From positions 14,894 to 78,893 of the forward strand of contig JBGTDT010000030.1 in NCBI GenBank assembly GCA_041748155.1: a stretch of 64,000 bases of DNA, given 5' to 3'. The position numbers were made by a program, and so were the translations under genes. Shown piece after piece: positions 28,183-37,516 of the stretch. The DNA is from Thermosynechococcaceae cyanobacterium (GTDB lineage: Bacteria > Cyanobacteriota > Cyanobacteriia > Thermosynechococcales > Thermosynechococcaceae). The stretch's first letter is position 1. Every line of letters begins with the position of its first letter. The notes beneath the pieces are model-generated. The model had not been told where the DNA came from, did no database searches, and saw only the letters and a list, made by a program, of their open reading frames with translations.

Positions 28183-29016
28183 TTGGAAGAAATAGTGAGC
28201 GATTTAGTGAGGAAACCCCTTCACCAAGTTAAAGCAGTAGTAACAAAAGCGTACTTAAATTATTACTCCACTTCACTACGCTGGATGTGGTACTTAGAGC
28301 ACTCTAAACATTTATTGAAGTTCAAGGATGCTCATCAAGGTGAAAGTTGCTTCATTATTGGTAATGGTCCTTCTCTGAACAAGATGGATCTTTCTGAACT
28401 TAAAGATTGCTATACGTTTGGTCTAAATAAAATTTATTTACTCTTTGATAAAGTTGATTTGAATCTTAGCTACCATGTAGCAATGAATCCGCTGGTTATC
28501 GAGCAAAGCGCAAAAGAATTTGAATCTTTATACTGTCCATCTTTTTTATCCTATCGACATGCGCGCAGAATTGTTCATAACCTCGACCACGTGTATTTTA
28601 TCCTGTCAGGAAAATCGTTTACTTTTCAAACTGATTTATCCCAACCAGTTTGTGAGGGCCATACAGTAACCTATGTAGCCCTGCAAATTGCCTTTTACAT
28701 GGGGTTTAGCCAAGTTTTTTTAATTGGCGTCGATCATAACTTTGTTGCTGTTGGAAATCCCAACGAAAAACAGTTTCTTCAAGGAGAAGATCCTAACCAT
28801 TTTGCACCTGGCTATTTTGGCAACAAAGAATGGCACCTACCAGACTTAGAGGCATCTGAGCGAGCCTATAATCTTGCAAAACTGTACTTCAGTCAAGCCG
28901 GTCGTCAGGTTTACGATGCCACGGTCGGGGGTAAACTAGAGGTTTTTCCAAAAACTTCCTACGAGCAGGCTCTAACTATTTGTAGTAGGCAAGTAGTTAG
29001 GACTGGTCAAGTCTAG
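28183..29016 (+). CDS. DUF115 (MptE/Maf-like) / GT42 sialyltransferase-like transferase
   Basis: CFIIGNGPSLNKMDLSELKDCYTFGLNKIY parallels the Cst-II-type IIAGNGPSL...FRCNQFY N-terminus as recalled. GHTVTYVALQIAFYMGFSQVFLIGVDHNF parallels the second conserved block. The TTG start is uncertain. Confidence 0.6.
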   Translation: MEEIVSDLVRKPLHQVKAVVTKAYLNYYSTSLRWMWYLEHSKHLLKFKDAHQGESCFIIGNGPSLNKMDLSELKDCYTFGLNKIYLLFDKVDLNLSYHVAMNPLVIEQSAKEFESLYCPSFLSYRHARRIVHNLDHVYFILSGKSFTFQTDLSQPVCEGHTVTYVALQIAFYMGFSQVFLIGVDHNFVAVGNPNEKQFLQGEDPNHFAPGYFGNKEWHLPDLEASERAYNLAKLYFSQAGRQVYDATVGGKLEVFPKTSYEQALTICSRQVVRTGQV

Positions 29017-29060
29017 CTCAGTGATAGAACCTGGCAACAAAGCTAGAAAGAGCGTAAAAG

Positions 29061-30281
29061 TTGAAAACTATTGCCCTGATTGACACTTTCTGGAGTGGCC
29101 ATCATCCAACCTACCTCAAGTTTTTTGCTAAAACGCTACTGGAGCTTGACTGTAGAGTTATGGCTTTTTGCCCTCAGCCCCAAGAACTGAGCGAGTGGAT
29201 TGTTTCTAGCTGTCCTGCCTTAGCTGAACGGTTTCATGTCTTTGAAATTCAAGAACCTGAGCCATACTCTCTTCCACTGGGCAGGTTTCGCTTAACACTG
29301 AGAGCGATCGCCCGTTGGCAGTGTGCTGCGGCTGCAATTCTGAGAGCTTCACAAAAGATTAAAAAGTCACCTGATCTGGTTTTTTTTGCCTGGCTTGATA
29401 GTTATTTAAGTCTTTACTTGACCCATCACGTCGTAGATCGGATTTTCCCCTATAACTGGTCCGGCCTCTATTTTCGACCCGGCCACCTCCGTCTAGGGCA
29501 GAAACTTTCAGCGATTCGTCGAGGTCCTCTCAATCCTGATGCAGTGCTTAAGTCCTGCCGTTGTTTAGCAGTCGCTGTGCTAGACGAAGGGATTACTGAA
29601 AAACTCTGTGCTAAAAGTAAGGGAAAACTTGTGATTGTTTTTCCTGATATTGCCGATGCATCACCGCCTGACTCTAATTTCTCTGTTGTCAAGCAAATTC
29701 AAGATAAAGCTTGTGGAAGAAAGGTTATTGGTTTACTTGGCTCACTTGCGAAGCGAAAGGGATTTCTGACCTTGTTGGAAGTAGCCCAAAAAACAGAGCA
29801 AGAGAATTGGTTTTTTGTTTTTGCTGGCCAGCTAGTTGAGCGTACTTTTCTACCTGAGGATTTGGAGAAAATTCAAGCTGTTGTCAAGTCAGCTCCCGAC
29901 AACTGCCACTTTCACTTTGATCACATTCCTGGTGAATCTCAGTTCAACGCCTTGGTGAATGTGTGTGATATCTTGTTTGCTGTATACATAAACTTTCTTC
30001 ATAGCAGTAACATATTGACTAAGGCATCAGTTTTTGAAAAGCCTGTACTGGTCAGCAACAAATTTTGCATGGGAGAGAGAGTTCACAAGTTTAACTTAGG
30101 TTGTAGAATCGACGAGAACAATGTGCCAGATTGTATTGAGGCATTGCACTATCTATTTCATTCTCTTAAGCTAAATAGCCATCAAGTCCAGCCAAACTTT
30201 CAGGGTTACAGAGCTTTTCACTCTACTGAACAACTTTGTGGAGCATTTCGATCTATTTTAGCGGCTGTTCACCTAACCTAA
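29061..30281 (+). CDS. Putative GT-B-fold glycosyltransferase (unassigned family)
   Basis: 406 aa with a TTG start. N-terminal MKTIALID Rossmann-like start. C-terminal half has VIGLLGSLAKRKGFLTLLE ... FNALVNVCDILF ... KPVLVS, resembling GT1/GT4 C-domains. Weak call. Confidence 0.4.
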   Translation: MKTIALIDTFWSGHHPTYLKFFAKTLLELDCRVMAFCPQPQELSEWIVSSCPALAERFHVFEIQEPEPYSLPLGRFRLTLRAIARWQCAAAAILRASQKIKKSPDLVFFAWLDSYLSLYLTHHVVDRIFPYNWSGLYFRPGHLRLGQKLSAIRRGPLNPDAVLKSCRCLAVAVLDEGITEKLCAKSKGKLVIVFPDIADASPPDSNFSVVKQIQDKACGRKVIGLLGSLAKRKGFLTLLEVAQKTEQENWFFVFAGQLVERTFLPEDLEKIQAVVKSAPDNCHFHFDHIPGESQFNALVNVCDILFAVYINFLHSSNILTKASVFEKPVLVSNKFCMGERVHKFNLGCRIDENNVPDCIEALHYLFHSLKLNSHQVQPNFQGYRAFHSTEQLCGAFRSILAAVHLT

Positions 30282-30379
30282 CCCTATGGAGAAGAATGGT
30301 TAGGGTAATATGTAAAACTTTAAGTACTTGCAAACAGTTCTAAGCGCGATCGCACTGTGCAGAACATTATTGAATCCTC

Positions 30380-31324
30380 ATGAAAACTCCTATTGCTTTT
30401 CTAATCTTCAATCGGCCTGATACGACTAGAAAGGTATTTGAAGTTATTCGCCAAGTAAAACCACCCCAACTTTTAGTCGTTGCTGACGGCCCACGTCTAG
30501 AGCGACCCAATGAAGCAGAAAACTGTGCCGTTGTGCGGTCGATTATTGAGCGGGTTGATTGGGACTGCAAAGTATTGACCAATTATTCTGAGGTCAATTT
30601 GGGTTGTAAGAAACGCATCTCAAGCGGTTTGGACTGGGTTTTTAATACCGTAGAAGAAGCAATTATTCTTGAAGATGACTGTTTACCACACGCTACTTTC
30701 TTTCGCTTCTGCAAGGAATTACTGGAGAAGTATCGAAACGATACTAGAATTATGCATATTGGCGGTAACAATTACAATATTTCAGGTAGAAATCTAGATG
30801 ACAGCTACTACTTTTCAAGGGCGAATGCCGTTTGGGGTTGGGCAAGCTGGCGTAGAGCATGGCAGTACTTCGATGTAGACATGAGTCAGTGGCCTACACT
30901 AGTAAAAGAAAACAGGCTTGTGGATATGCTGGGCTCTCAGAAAGAAGCTGAAATCCGATATAGATATTGGAGCAAAGTCTATGCAGGAGATGTTAACGCA
31001 TGGTCCTATCAGTGGCACCTCGCCTGTCTGTGCCAAGGGGCATACTCTGTAGTACCCAATAGAAATCTTGTTTCTAATATAGGTTTCAATCAAGACAGTA
31101 CTCATACTGTTGATTCAACTAGCCCTTTTGCAAATCTAGAGACCCATGAGATGAAGTTTCCCCTTACCCATCCCAAGTTTATTGCTAAAGATAGTTATGC
31201 CTACAACCTATATTTTAGACAGCTATATAGTCCTAGACTTACAGATAAAATTAGTATAAAACTTAAAAAGGTAGCATCCAGGCTCAAGTCAGCATTTAAG
31301 CTTGAGCTACCTCGAATCAACTAA
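30380..31324 (+). CDS. Putative GT-A-fold nucleotide-sugar transferase (HlpA/GNT-I-like)
   Basis: 314 aa. PIAFLIFNRPDTTRKVFEVIRQVKPPQLLVVADGPR and ILEDDCLP (DxD-like) motifs. Confidence 0.45.
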   Translation: MKTPIAFLIFNRPDTTRKVFEVIRQVKPPQLLVVADGPRLERPNEAENCAVVRSIIERVDWDCKVLTNYSEVNLGCKKRISSGLDWVFNTVEEAIILEDDCLPHATFFRFCKELLEKYRNDTRIMHIGGNNYNISGRNLDDSYYFSRANAVWGWASWRRAWQYFDVDMSQWPTLVKENRLVDMLGSQKEAEIRYRYWSKVYAGDVNAWSYQWHLACLCQGAYSVVPNRNLVSNIGFNQDSTHTVDSTSPFANLETHEMKFPLTHPKFIAKDSYAYNLYFRQLYSPRLTDKISIKLKKVASRLKSAFKLELPRIN

Positions 31325-31629
31325 CAGTGTTAGTGTGAAACTGGTACTGCGTAGGAAATAGATTATTGAGATGACAGTTCAAATACCTAAGTAGATTCAA
31401 GCTTTGAATTAAGCATTGAAGTGATTTTATTGTCAACTAGGTTTTACTAAATCAAGGAACAATCACTGAATCGTTCTTTAGCTCTCTGTGACTATCTCGA
31501 ATTTTTAGAAATGAGTATTACTGACTAGTAATTAGTGAGAGAATCTTGAGTAAAACTCTGTCGACTCGACATGTGATTCAGGTATTTTGAACGCTTGCAA
31601 GTAGCTTATTTAAACTGATAGATTTCAAT

Positions 31630-32967
31630 ATGCCACATCTAGATCTTAGAGCTGAAAGTGTGGGGTTTGAGCATACAGAGTTAATACCACTTTGTGAAAT
31701 CACCCAGCGAGTCATAGACGGAGAAATCATCGTTGTACCCAGGTGCATGCAAGCTATTGGCTACTTCGAGCAATTAAAGCAGGCCAGTCTGGAAGGAATT
31801 CGCCGGGTGGTTGGTCAGGAGAAAGCCGCACAAGTTGAACGCGAGGGGTTTGAAGCGATTCATTCAGTTATTGATGCGGATGAACTGATCCCGATTACTG
31901 ACTGTACCTACGAGATTTTTGGCTCAATTGCGCCGATCTTGGTCAAAAAGGTAGTACAAGAAGTGCTTCTGAGAGATAGACCCTTTTACTACGAAGCCTA
32001 CCCTAACGTGCGGTTCCATGTTCCCTACGACGTAGGGGTACAGAAGAAGCAAAAATTTAGTGAATTTTTGCAAAGACGTGGGAATGGAAAGATTACGGCC
32101 CATGGACCACACCACGACAGTTGGTATCAGTGTCCCAGCAACGGCATCAATATCTGGATTGCTATTGGTCCTGTCAAGACTGGTAATGGGTTAAGTCTAT
32201 ATCCTCAGGTGTATGGAAAGCGTCTTCCTTGTACAAAAGATGGTGTAATCATGCGCGATCAGTACTTTGGGCCAGCCCTAAATTTTGAGTTGAAACCTGG
32301 GGATGCCCTGGTCTTTCATGGCGAGCATCTGCACAGCTCAGAGCTGAATAGCACGGGTACAACTCGACACGTCGTAAGTTTCCGAATCACCCTGGAAAAA
32401 CCTAAATTTCTGAATCAATCCTGTCACAACTATCTATACTCTGGGTCTAGTGGTGGGCTAATGGAAGGACTGGTTCAGCTTCCTGCGGCTAAGATGTTCC
32501 GCAGCCTTGTAAGACTACTTCAGAGCAGATTAAACACTAAGTTTCTGACACTTGGAAGGCAATCAAGCCCATCGCAGCAAGGCTCAGAGACCAACAGCGA
32601 TGTTCCAATGTTTCAAAATACATTAGTTGACTTCCCTAAAACGATCCAGGCTAAGAGTGCTGAAGATAAGACTAAGCTTATCTTTGACTCCTCTGAGTTA
32701 ACGATAGGTGAGATCCGCCCCCTGTCACCAGAAGTCTGTGTTGCACGTCCAGAGAAGCACCGCGTAGTAGCCTTCAGCAGGTATTGTCCCCATGAAGGAG
32801 CTGATCTAGCAGCAGGCTACTTGCGAGATGGGTGTATCGCCTGTCCTTGGCATAATCTACCCTTTGACCTAGAGAATGGCGCTAGCCCCTGTCAATCGTT
32901 GCGTCAGCTACCTGTCTTTGACTGCCTTCAACGCGGTGATGAGGTAGAGGTAAACTTGGGAGCATGA
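31630..32967 (+). CDS. Fusion of a PhyH-like Fe(II)/2-oxoglutarate dioxygenase domain with a C-terminal Rieske [2Fe-2S] domain
   Basis: 445 aa. Candidate facial triad in AHGPHHDSW and FHGEHLHSS. The C-terminal CPHEGADLAAGYLRDGCIACPWH is a C-x-H-x16-C-x2-H Rieske motif. Confidence 0.65.
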   Translation: MPHLDLRAESVGFEHTELIPLCEITQRVIDGEIIVVPRCMQAIGYFEQLKQASLEGIRRVVGQEKAAQVEREGFEAIHSVIDADELIPITDCTYEIFGSIAPILVKKVVQEVLLRDRPFYYEAYPNVRFHVPYDVGVQKKQKFSEFLQRRGNGKITAHGPHHDSWYQCPSNGINIWIAIGPVKTGNGLSLYPQVYGKRLPCTKDGVIMRDQYFGPALNFELKPGDALVFHGEHLHSSELNSTGTTRHVVSFRITLEKPKFLNQSCHNYLYSGSSGGLMEGLVQLPAAKMFRSLVRLLQSRLNTKFLTLGRQSSPSQQGSETNSDVPMFQNTLVDFPKTIQAKSAEDKTKLIFDSSELTIGEIRPLSPEVCVARPEKHRVVAFSRYCPHEGADLAAGYLRDGCIACPWHNLPFDLENGASPCQSLRQLPVFDCLQRGDEVEVNLGA

Positions 32968-33190
32968 GATTTGCATCTCCTTGCAGTGCAAGGGTTTCAT
33001 AGCACCTGTAGAGCGAGGGCATCTTAATCTAGGTTATGGGTAGCATTTTGAGCAAACAGCCTTCTATCCTGCGCTATGACACTGAGGACAGGTAACAGTT
33101 TCTCCTGGTATAGGGGTATAAGTACTAGTTTGCTTACTCTATCCGTACCAACTGAGGATTAACAACTTAAAAAACTTCAAATATAGCTTT

Positions 33191-35392
33191 ATGTGGCTTT
33201 TCTCAAGACTACGGGGTCTCTACCCAACGATACAAAAGAAGCTTTGGGTTGAGCAACCCTGTGTTGTGAGGTTTCTGATTGATGACTCAATCAGTTTACA
33301 TCAGGTAGCACAGACGCTCTCAAGTCCTTGGTTTTCTGATGCTAGGCTCGTAGAGATTGATGCAAAAGAACCCGCTACTTATCAGGTAGCTGAACTCGTA
33401 GGCCTTCTGTTTAAGAAGCTACCAAAGCTATCTTATGTTTCGTTGATCACAAACCCTTTAAACAGTGCTCGAGTTGTCGAAAGTATTCCTAAAATTGGTC
33501 AAGTAATCAACTCTCATACCGCTTGCTTAGATATCGTTGTGTCTCTGAGCGGAAGTGAGAGTAGCTTCAGTAAGGCACAAGACAGAGAAGCAAACTTTGA
33601 AAACTTAGTCAAACTGATTGGGTTTATTCAAACTTCTAACTTAGTTTTTAGTAGTAGATTTAGATGCAGGGTTACCAAAGAAAATGTTTACGTTTTACAT
33701 GACTGGCTAGAGTTTGCGATCGCAAACAATATCTATATCAATTACACCTTTGAAACACTCTATCCACAATCCCGCTCAAGTAACCATAACTTTGCTGATC
33801 TTAAGTTTGAGGAAAAGTATCATCTCTCTATTTTTCTAGAAAATTTAATTAAGTTTTATGAACCTCATACTTCACAGAGATCATTTTATCGATCTTCTGT
33901 GGATCAATTAATCTACAGGAAGCCTCTTGGAATTCATACCGGGCAGCATCGAGAAGTCACGCTCTCTACTAAAGCGGGTCAAGATTGCGTGGTTGAAAAT
34001 AGCACCCCTGGCTCCGTAATTACTCCAGCTCCTGTGTCATTGAAGGCTAACGTATCCGGGAGGCTCAAAAATTTGGAATCTTCCATTTCCGCCTTAAAAA
34101 CCTCGAAAGCCCTGAAACCTCTCAAGCGGTTCAAACAGCAGTTAGGTTTCCAGAGGCAAATGATCAGGGCAGGGGTTGATCAAGCCACTCTTTTGAATCC
34201 GCAACCTGCTTTTCGTTTTCCTCAGGCTTCTACTAGCAAACGTAAAGTTCTAATTTGTGGCTGGTACGGAACTGAAACCTTAGGAGATAAGGCCATCCTT
34301 GGCGGCGTGGTTAACTCAATTCAAACTTCTTTAGGAGATGTTGAACTCTACCTAGCATCCCTAGAAGCGCTGTACGTCTCCCAGATGACAATTCTCCAAA
34401 TGCCTGAATTACGGGGATGCCATCTACACGCTGTTGCAGAGGCGAGAAGTCTAGCAGGTTCAATGGACTTGGTCGTCTTTGGTGGAGGACCTGTGATGGC
34501 AATTGAGCCGCTGGCTGAGATGATCGCTATTTTCCAGCAAGCGGTCGAGGCAGGCGTCCCGACATTAATCGCGGGGTGTGGGGTCGGTCCCTTAGGTGCA
34601 GGCTACTACAACAAAGCAATTAAGACTTTGCTGCTGCATGCCTCTCATCGGATTTATCGGGATTTGAAGTCTCTGGAGCTGGCCCAATCCCTCGGAGTTG
34701 ATACTACAAATGACCAAGTAGCAGAAGATCCAGCCTTTACCTGGTTAAGTGGTCTGTCCACTAACCCTGCTTTAACAGCCCAGATACCCGTTGAGAACAA
34801 TCCTCAGCTCTTACTTGGACTGAGGGATTGGCCTCAGCATCAGTATGCTCCAGAATTGACCAGTACTGAGGCTGAGCGTTTGAAGCTACGCTTTGCCAGA
34901 GAAGTCATCGCCGCCCTAGAGCTGCTGCTTGTTCAGCACCCCACGCTTAGAATTATTCCTTTCCCCATGTGTACGAATCATATTGGGGGTGACGATCGCT
35001 GGTTTTACCGTGACTTATTCAGAGGTCATTCCAAACTACAAACAGCCCTTGATTTCACCTGCTTAGGCGCGGAGCTGAATCCGATTGAAGCTGTGAAGAT
35101 TTTTAAGGCTGCTTCAGTAGCTTTGACGATGAGGTTTCACTCCCTTGTTTTTGCTTTGGCAGTTGGGCTTCCCAGCGTGTCCGTGGACTATACTTTAGGG
35201 CGTGGAAAAGTGAAATCTCTAGCTGAAAAGCACTGTGTTCCCCAAATGAGTCTGGATGTGATTACGCGTGAGTTTATCTTTTCGTCGTTATCGCCACTTT
35301 TAGCGACTGGTCAAAGACGATCTGCGTTAAATGGGTCAGGTGATTTGAGGTTCAAACCTCTAGTTGGCGCTTTTCTCTCCTCTTTGAGCTGA
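33191..35392 (+). CDS. Polysaccharide pyruvyl transferase (CsaB-like) with a ~330-aa unassigned N-terminal domain
   Basis: 733 aa. The C-terminal half has KVLICGWYGTETLGDKAILGGV, LVVFGGGPV and TMRFHSLVFALAVGLPSVSVDY. No family was recognised for the N-terminal half. Confidence 0.7.
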   Translation: MWLFSRLRGLYPTIQKKLWVEQPCVVRFLIDDSISLHQVAQTLSSPWFSDARLVEIDAKEPATYQVAELVGLLFKKLPKLSYVSLITNPLNSARVVESIPKIGQVINSHTACLDIVVSLSGSESSFSKAQDREANFENLVKLIGFIQTSNLVFSSRFRCRVTKENVYVLHDWLEFAIANNIYINYTFETLYPQSRSSNHNFADLKFEEKYHLSIFLENLIKFYEPHTSQRSFYRSSVDQLIYRKPLGIHTGQHREVTLSTKAGQDCVVENSTPGSVITPAPVSLKANVSGRLKNLESSISALKTSKALKPLKRFKQQLGFQRQMIRAGVDQATLLNPQPAFRFPQASTSKRKVLICGWYGTETLGDKAILGGVVNSIQTSLGDVELYLASLEALYVSQMTILQMPELRGCHLHAVAEARSLAGSMDLVVFGGGPVMAIEPLAEMIAIFQQAVEAGVPTLIAGCGVGPLGAGYYNKAIKTLLLHASHRIYRDLKSLELAQSLGVDTTNDQVAEDPAFTWLSGLSTNPALTAQIPVENNPQLLLGLRDWPQHQYAPELTSTEAERLKLRFAREVIAALELLLVQHPTLRIIPFPMCTNHIGGDDRWFYRDLFRGHSKLQTALDFTCLGAELNPIEAVKIFKAASVALTMRFHSLVFALAVGLPSVSVDYTLGRGKVKSLAEKHCVPQMSLDVITREFIFSSLSPLLATGQRRSALNGSGDLRFKPLVGAFLSSLS

Positions 35393-36657
35393 TGATTAAA
35401 CCTCTCCTGCTCAGCACCGCTGATATTGAGGGAGGAGCTGCTCGTGCTGCTTATCGCCTGCATCAAGGGTTACAATGTCTAGAAGTTCCTTCCCAGATGC
35501 TGGTTCAAACTAAATATAGTGATGATGGAGCGGTATTTGCTCCCCAGCAAAAACTCCTGAAAGGGTTCGCCAAGCTAAGACCAGCGTTAGATAGCCTGCC
35601 GCTACAGTTTTACCCCAACCGCGATCGCACCCCTTACTCACTCCAGTGGTTCCCCACCGGGATCAGCTCTCAAGCGGCTGAGTGTCCAGATCTGATCAAC
35701 CTTCACTGGGTTTGTGCCGGATACCTGCAAGTTGAAGCGATCGCAAAGTTGAAAAAACCACTAGTCTGGACCCTGCACGATATGTGGCCGTTTACAGGGG
35801 GGTGTCACTACAGCCAAGCCTGCGATGGTTACCTGAAGTCCTGCGGTGCCTGTCCTCAACTTGGCAGCGATCAAAACTGGGATCTGTCACGCTGGGTATG
35901 GCAGCGCAAAGCTAAAGCCTGGAAAAATTTGAATTTGACGATCATCACACCTAGTGTCTGGCTGGCCAAATGTGCCACCGCCAGTTCACTATTCCAAGAT
36001 TTGCGCGTTGAGGTGATTCCCAATGGTCTCGATACTAAGCGATATAAGCCAGTCTCTCGGCAAGTTGCCCGCGATCTACTCAACTTAGACCCAGAGAAGC
36101 AGCTTGTTCTATTTGGGGCCATGGAGGCAACTAGCGATCCAAGGAAAGGCTTTCATCTACTCCAACCAGCCTTGCAAAAACTTAGCAACTCCAGGTGGCA
36201 AGACCGCATAGAGCTGGTTGTGTTTGGTTCATCCCGGCCTCGTAACTTGTCTGAACTTGGGTTTCAATCTCACTACTTAGGCAAGCTGAGTGATGATCCG
36301 GCACTGGCGCTAGTCTATGCGGCAGCAGATGTTTTTGTCGCCCCAGCTATGCAAGAGAATTTACCGAATACAGTCATGGAAGCCCTAGCTTGTGGTACTC
36401 CCTGTGTCGCCTTCAACATCGGCGGTATACCAGATATGATTGAACATCAGCACAATGGTTATCTTGTTCAACCCTACAATGTGGAAGACTTAGCAAAAGG
36501 AATAGCTTGGGTATTAGAGAACAGAGGGGAGCTAAGATTAGGCGATCGCGCCCGTGAAAGAGCAGAACAGGAGTTCAGGCAAGAACTGCAAGCTCAGCGG
36601 TACCTATCCCTTTTTGGTGAGTTAGTCGGGACCAACAACGCCAAGCTGAAGCGATGA
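35392..36657 (+). CDS. Family-4 (GT-B) glycosyltransferase
   Basis: 421 aa. GGAARAAYRLHQGL start. ADVFVAPAMQENLPNTVMEALACGTPCVAFNIGGIPDMI. Its ATG overlaps the upstream stop by 1 nt. Confidence 0.85.
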   Translation: MIKPLLLSTADIEGGAARAAYRLHQGLQCLEVPSQMLVQTKYSDDGAVFAPQQKLLKGFAKLRPALDSLPLQFYPNRDRTPYSLQWFPTGISSQAAECPDLINLHWVCAGYLQVEAIAKLKKPLVWTLHDMWPFTGGCHYSQACDGYLKSCGACPQLGSDQNWDLSRWVWQRKAKAWKNLNLTIITPSVWLAKCATASSLFQDLRVEVIPNGLDTKRYKPVSRQVARDLLNLDPEKQLVLFGAMEATSDPRKGFHLLQPALQKLSNSRWQDRIELVVFGSSRPRNLSELGFQSHYLGKLSDDPALALVYAAADVFVAPAMQENLPNTVMEALACGTPCVAFNIGGIPDMIEHQHNGYLVQPYNVEDLAKGIAWVLENRGELRLGDRARERAEQEFRQELQAQRYLSLFGELVGTNNAKLKR

Positions 36658-37505
36658 ATAACTTAGAGACTAACCACTCTAATTTAGACCGAGCAAAACT
36701 ATCTCCAAAGTTAAGTATCATTACGGTCACTTATAACTCTGCTGAAACGCTGGAGCAAACCATTCAAAGTGTTATTTATCAGCAATATCCAAATCTCGAA
36801 TACATTATTGTTGATGGCGGTTCAACCGATAAAACAATTACTATTATTCAAAACTACCAATTTTGTATTACTAAATGGATATCTGAAAAAGACAACGGCC
36901 TTTATGAGGCTATGAACAAAGGCATAAAGATGGCAAGTGGAGAAATTATTGGTATCATAAACTCGGATGATTTTTACTTAGAGGGAGCATTTAATAAAAT
37001 AATTTCAGCAACAGTTAAACATCCAGATTCTGACGTTTTTTACGGAAACATTGTTTATGATCTGCCAGACTATCCCCTACTTATTTCTCGCTCTAAACAT
37101 CCGCTGAAAAAATCTGACTTTTGCTCAATGCCGATTATGCATCCAACTGTTTTTGTGCGCCAAGATTGTTACCAAAAGTATGGAGCTTTTGATCTGAACT
37201 ATCAGCTCTCTGCCGATCATGAACTAATGCTGCGGCTACTGAAGGCTAAAGTTAGATTTTATTACTTAAATGAAAATATTGCACAAATGCGAGCAGGTGG
37301 AGTAAGCACACAAGACCTTCATGGCATGAGAGAAATTCGAGCAATTTTGTCTAAGCATAATGCTTCCTTTTATACCTTTTTTCGGTTTGCTCTATCTTTT
37401 AGTAGAGTTACGACTGTTCGACTGATTAGCAAGTGGCAAGTAATAAGAGTATTACTGCGTATATATCGTACGCTTAAATCCATGCTTCAAAAAAACTTTG
37501 CTTAA
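36654..37505 (+). CDS. Family-2 glycosyltransferase
   Basis: 283 aa. LSIITVTYNSAETLEQTIQSV ... YIIVDGGSTDKT ... INSDDFY. ATGA overlap with the upstream gene. Confidence 0.85.
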   Translation: MNNLETNHSNLDRAKLSPKLSIITVTYNSAETLEQTIQSVIYQQYPNLEYIIVDGGSTDKTITIIQNYQFCITKWISEKDNGLYEAMNKGIKMASGEIIGIINSDDFYLEGAFNKIISATVKHPDSDVFYGNIVYDLPDYPLLISRSKHPLKKSDFCSMPIMHPTVFVRQDCYQKYGAFDLNYQLSADHELMLRLLKAKVRFYYLNENIAQMRAGGVSTQDLHGMREIRAILSKHNASFYTFFRFALSFSRVTTVRLISKWQVIRVLLRIYRTLKSMLQKNFA

Positions 37506-37516
37506 TCAGACAGGGC

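Noticed and set aside
32976-32995. Palindrome ccttgcagtgcaagg just after the PhyH-Rieske stop, considered as an intrinsic terminator
   Set aside because: The loop is essentially absent and no T-tract follows. The evidence is insufficient to call.
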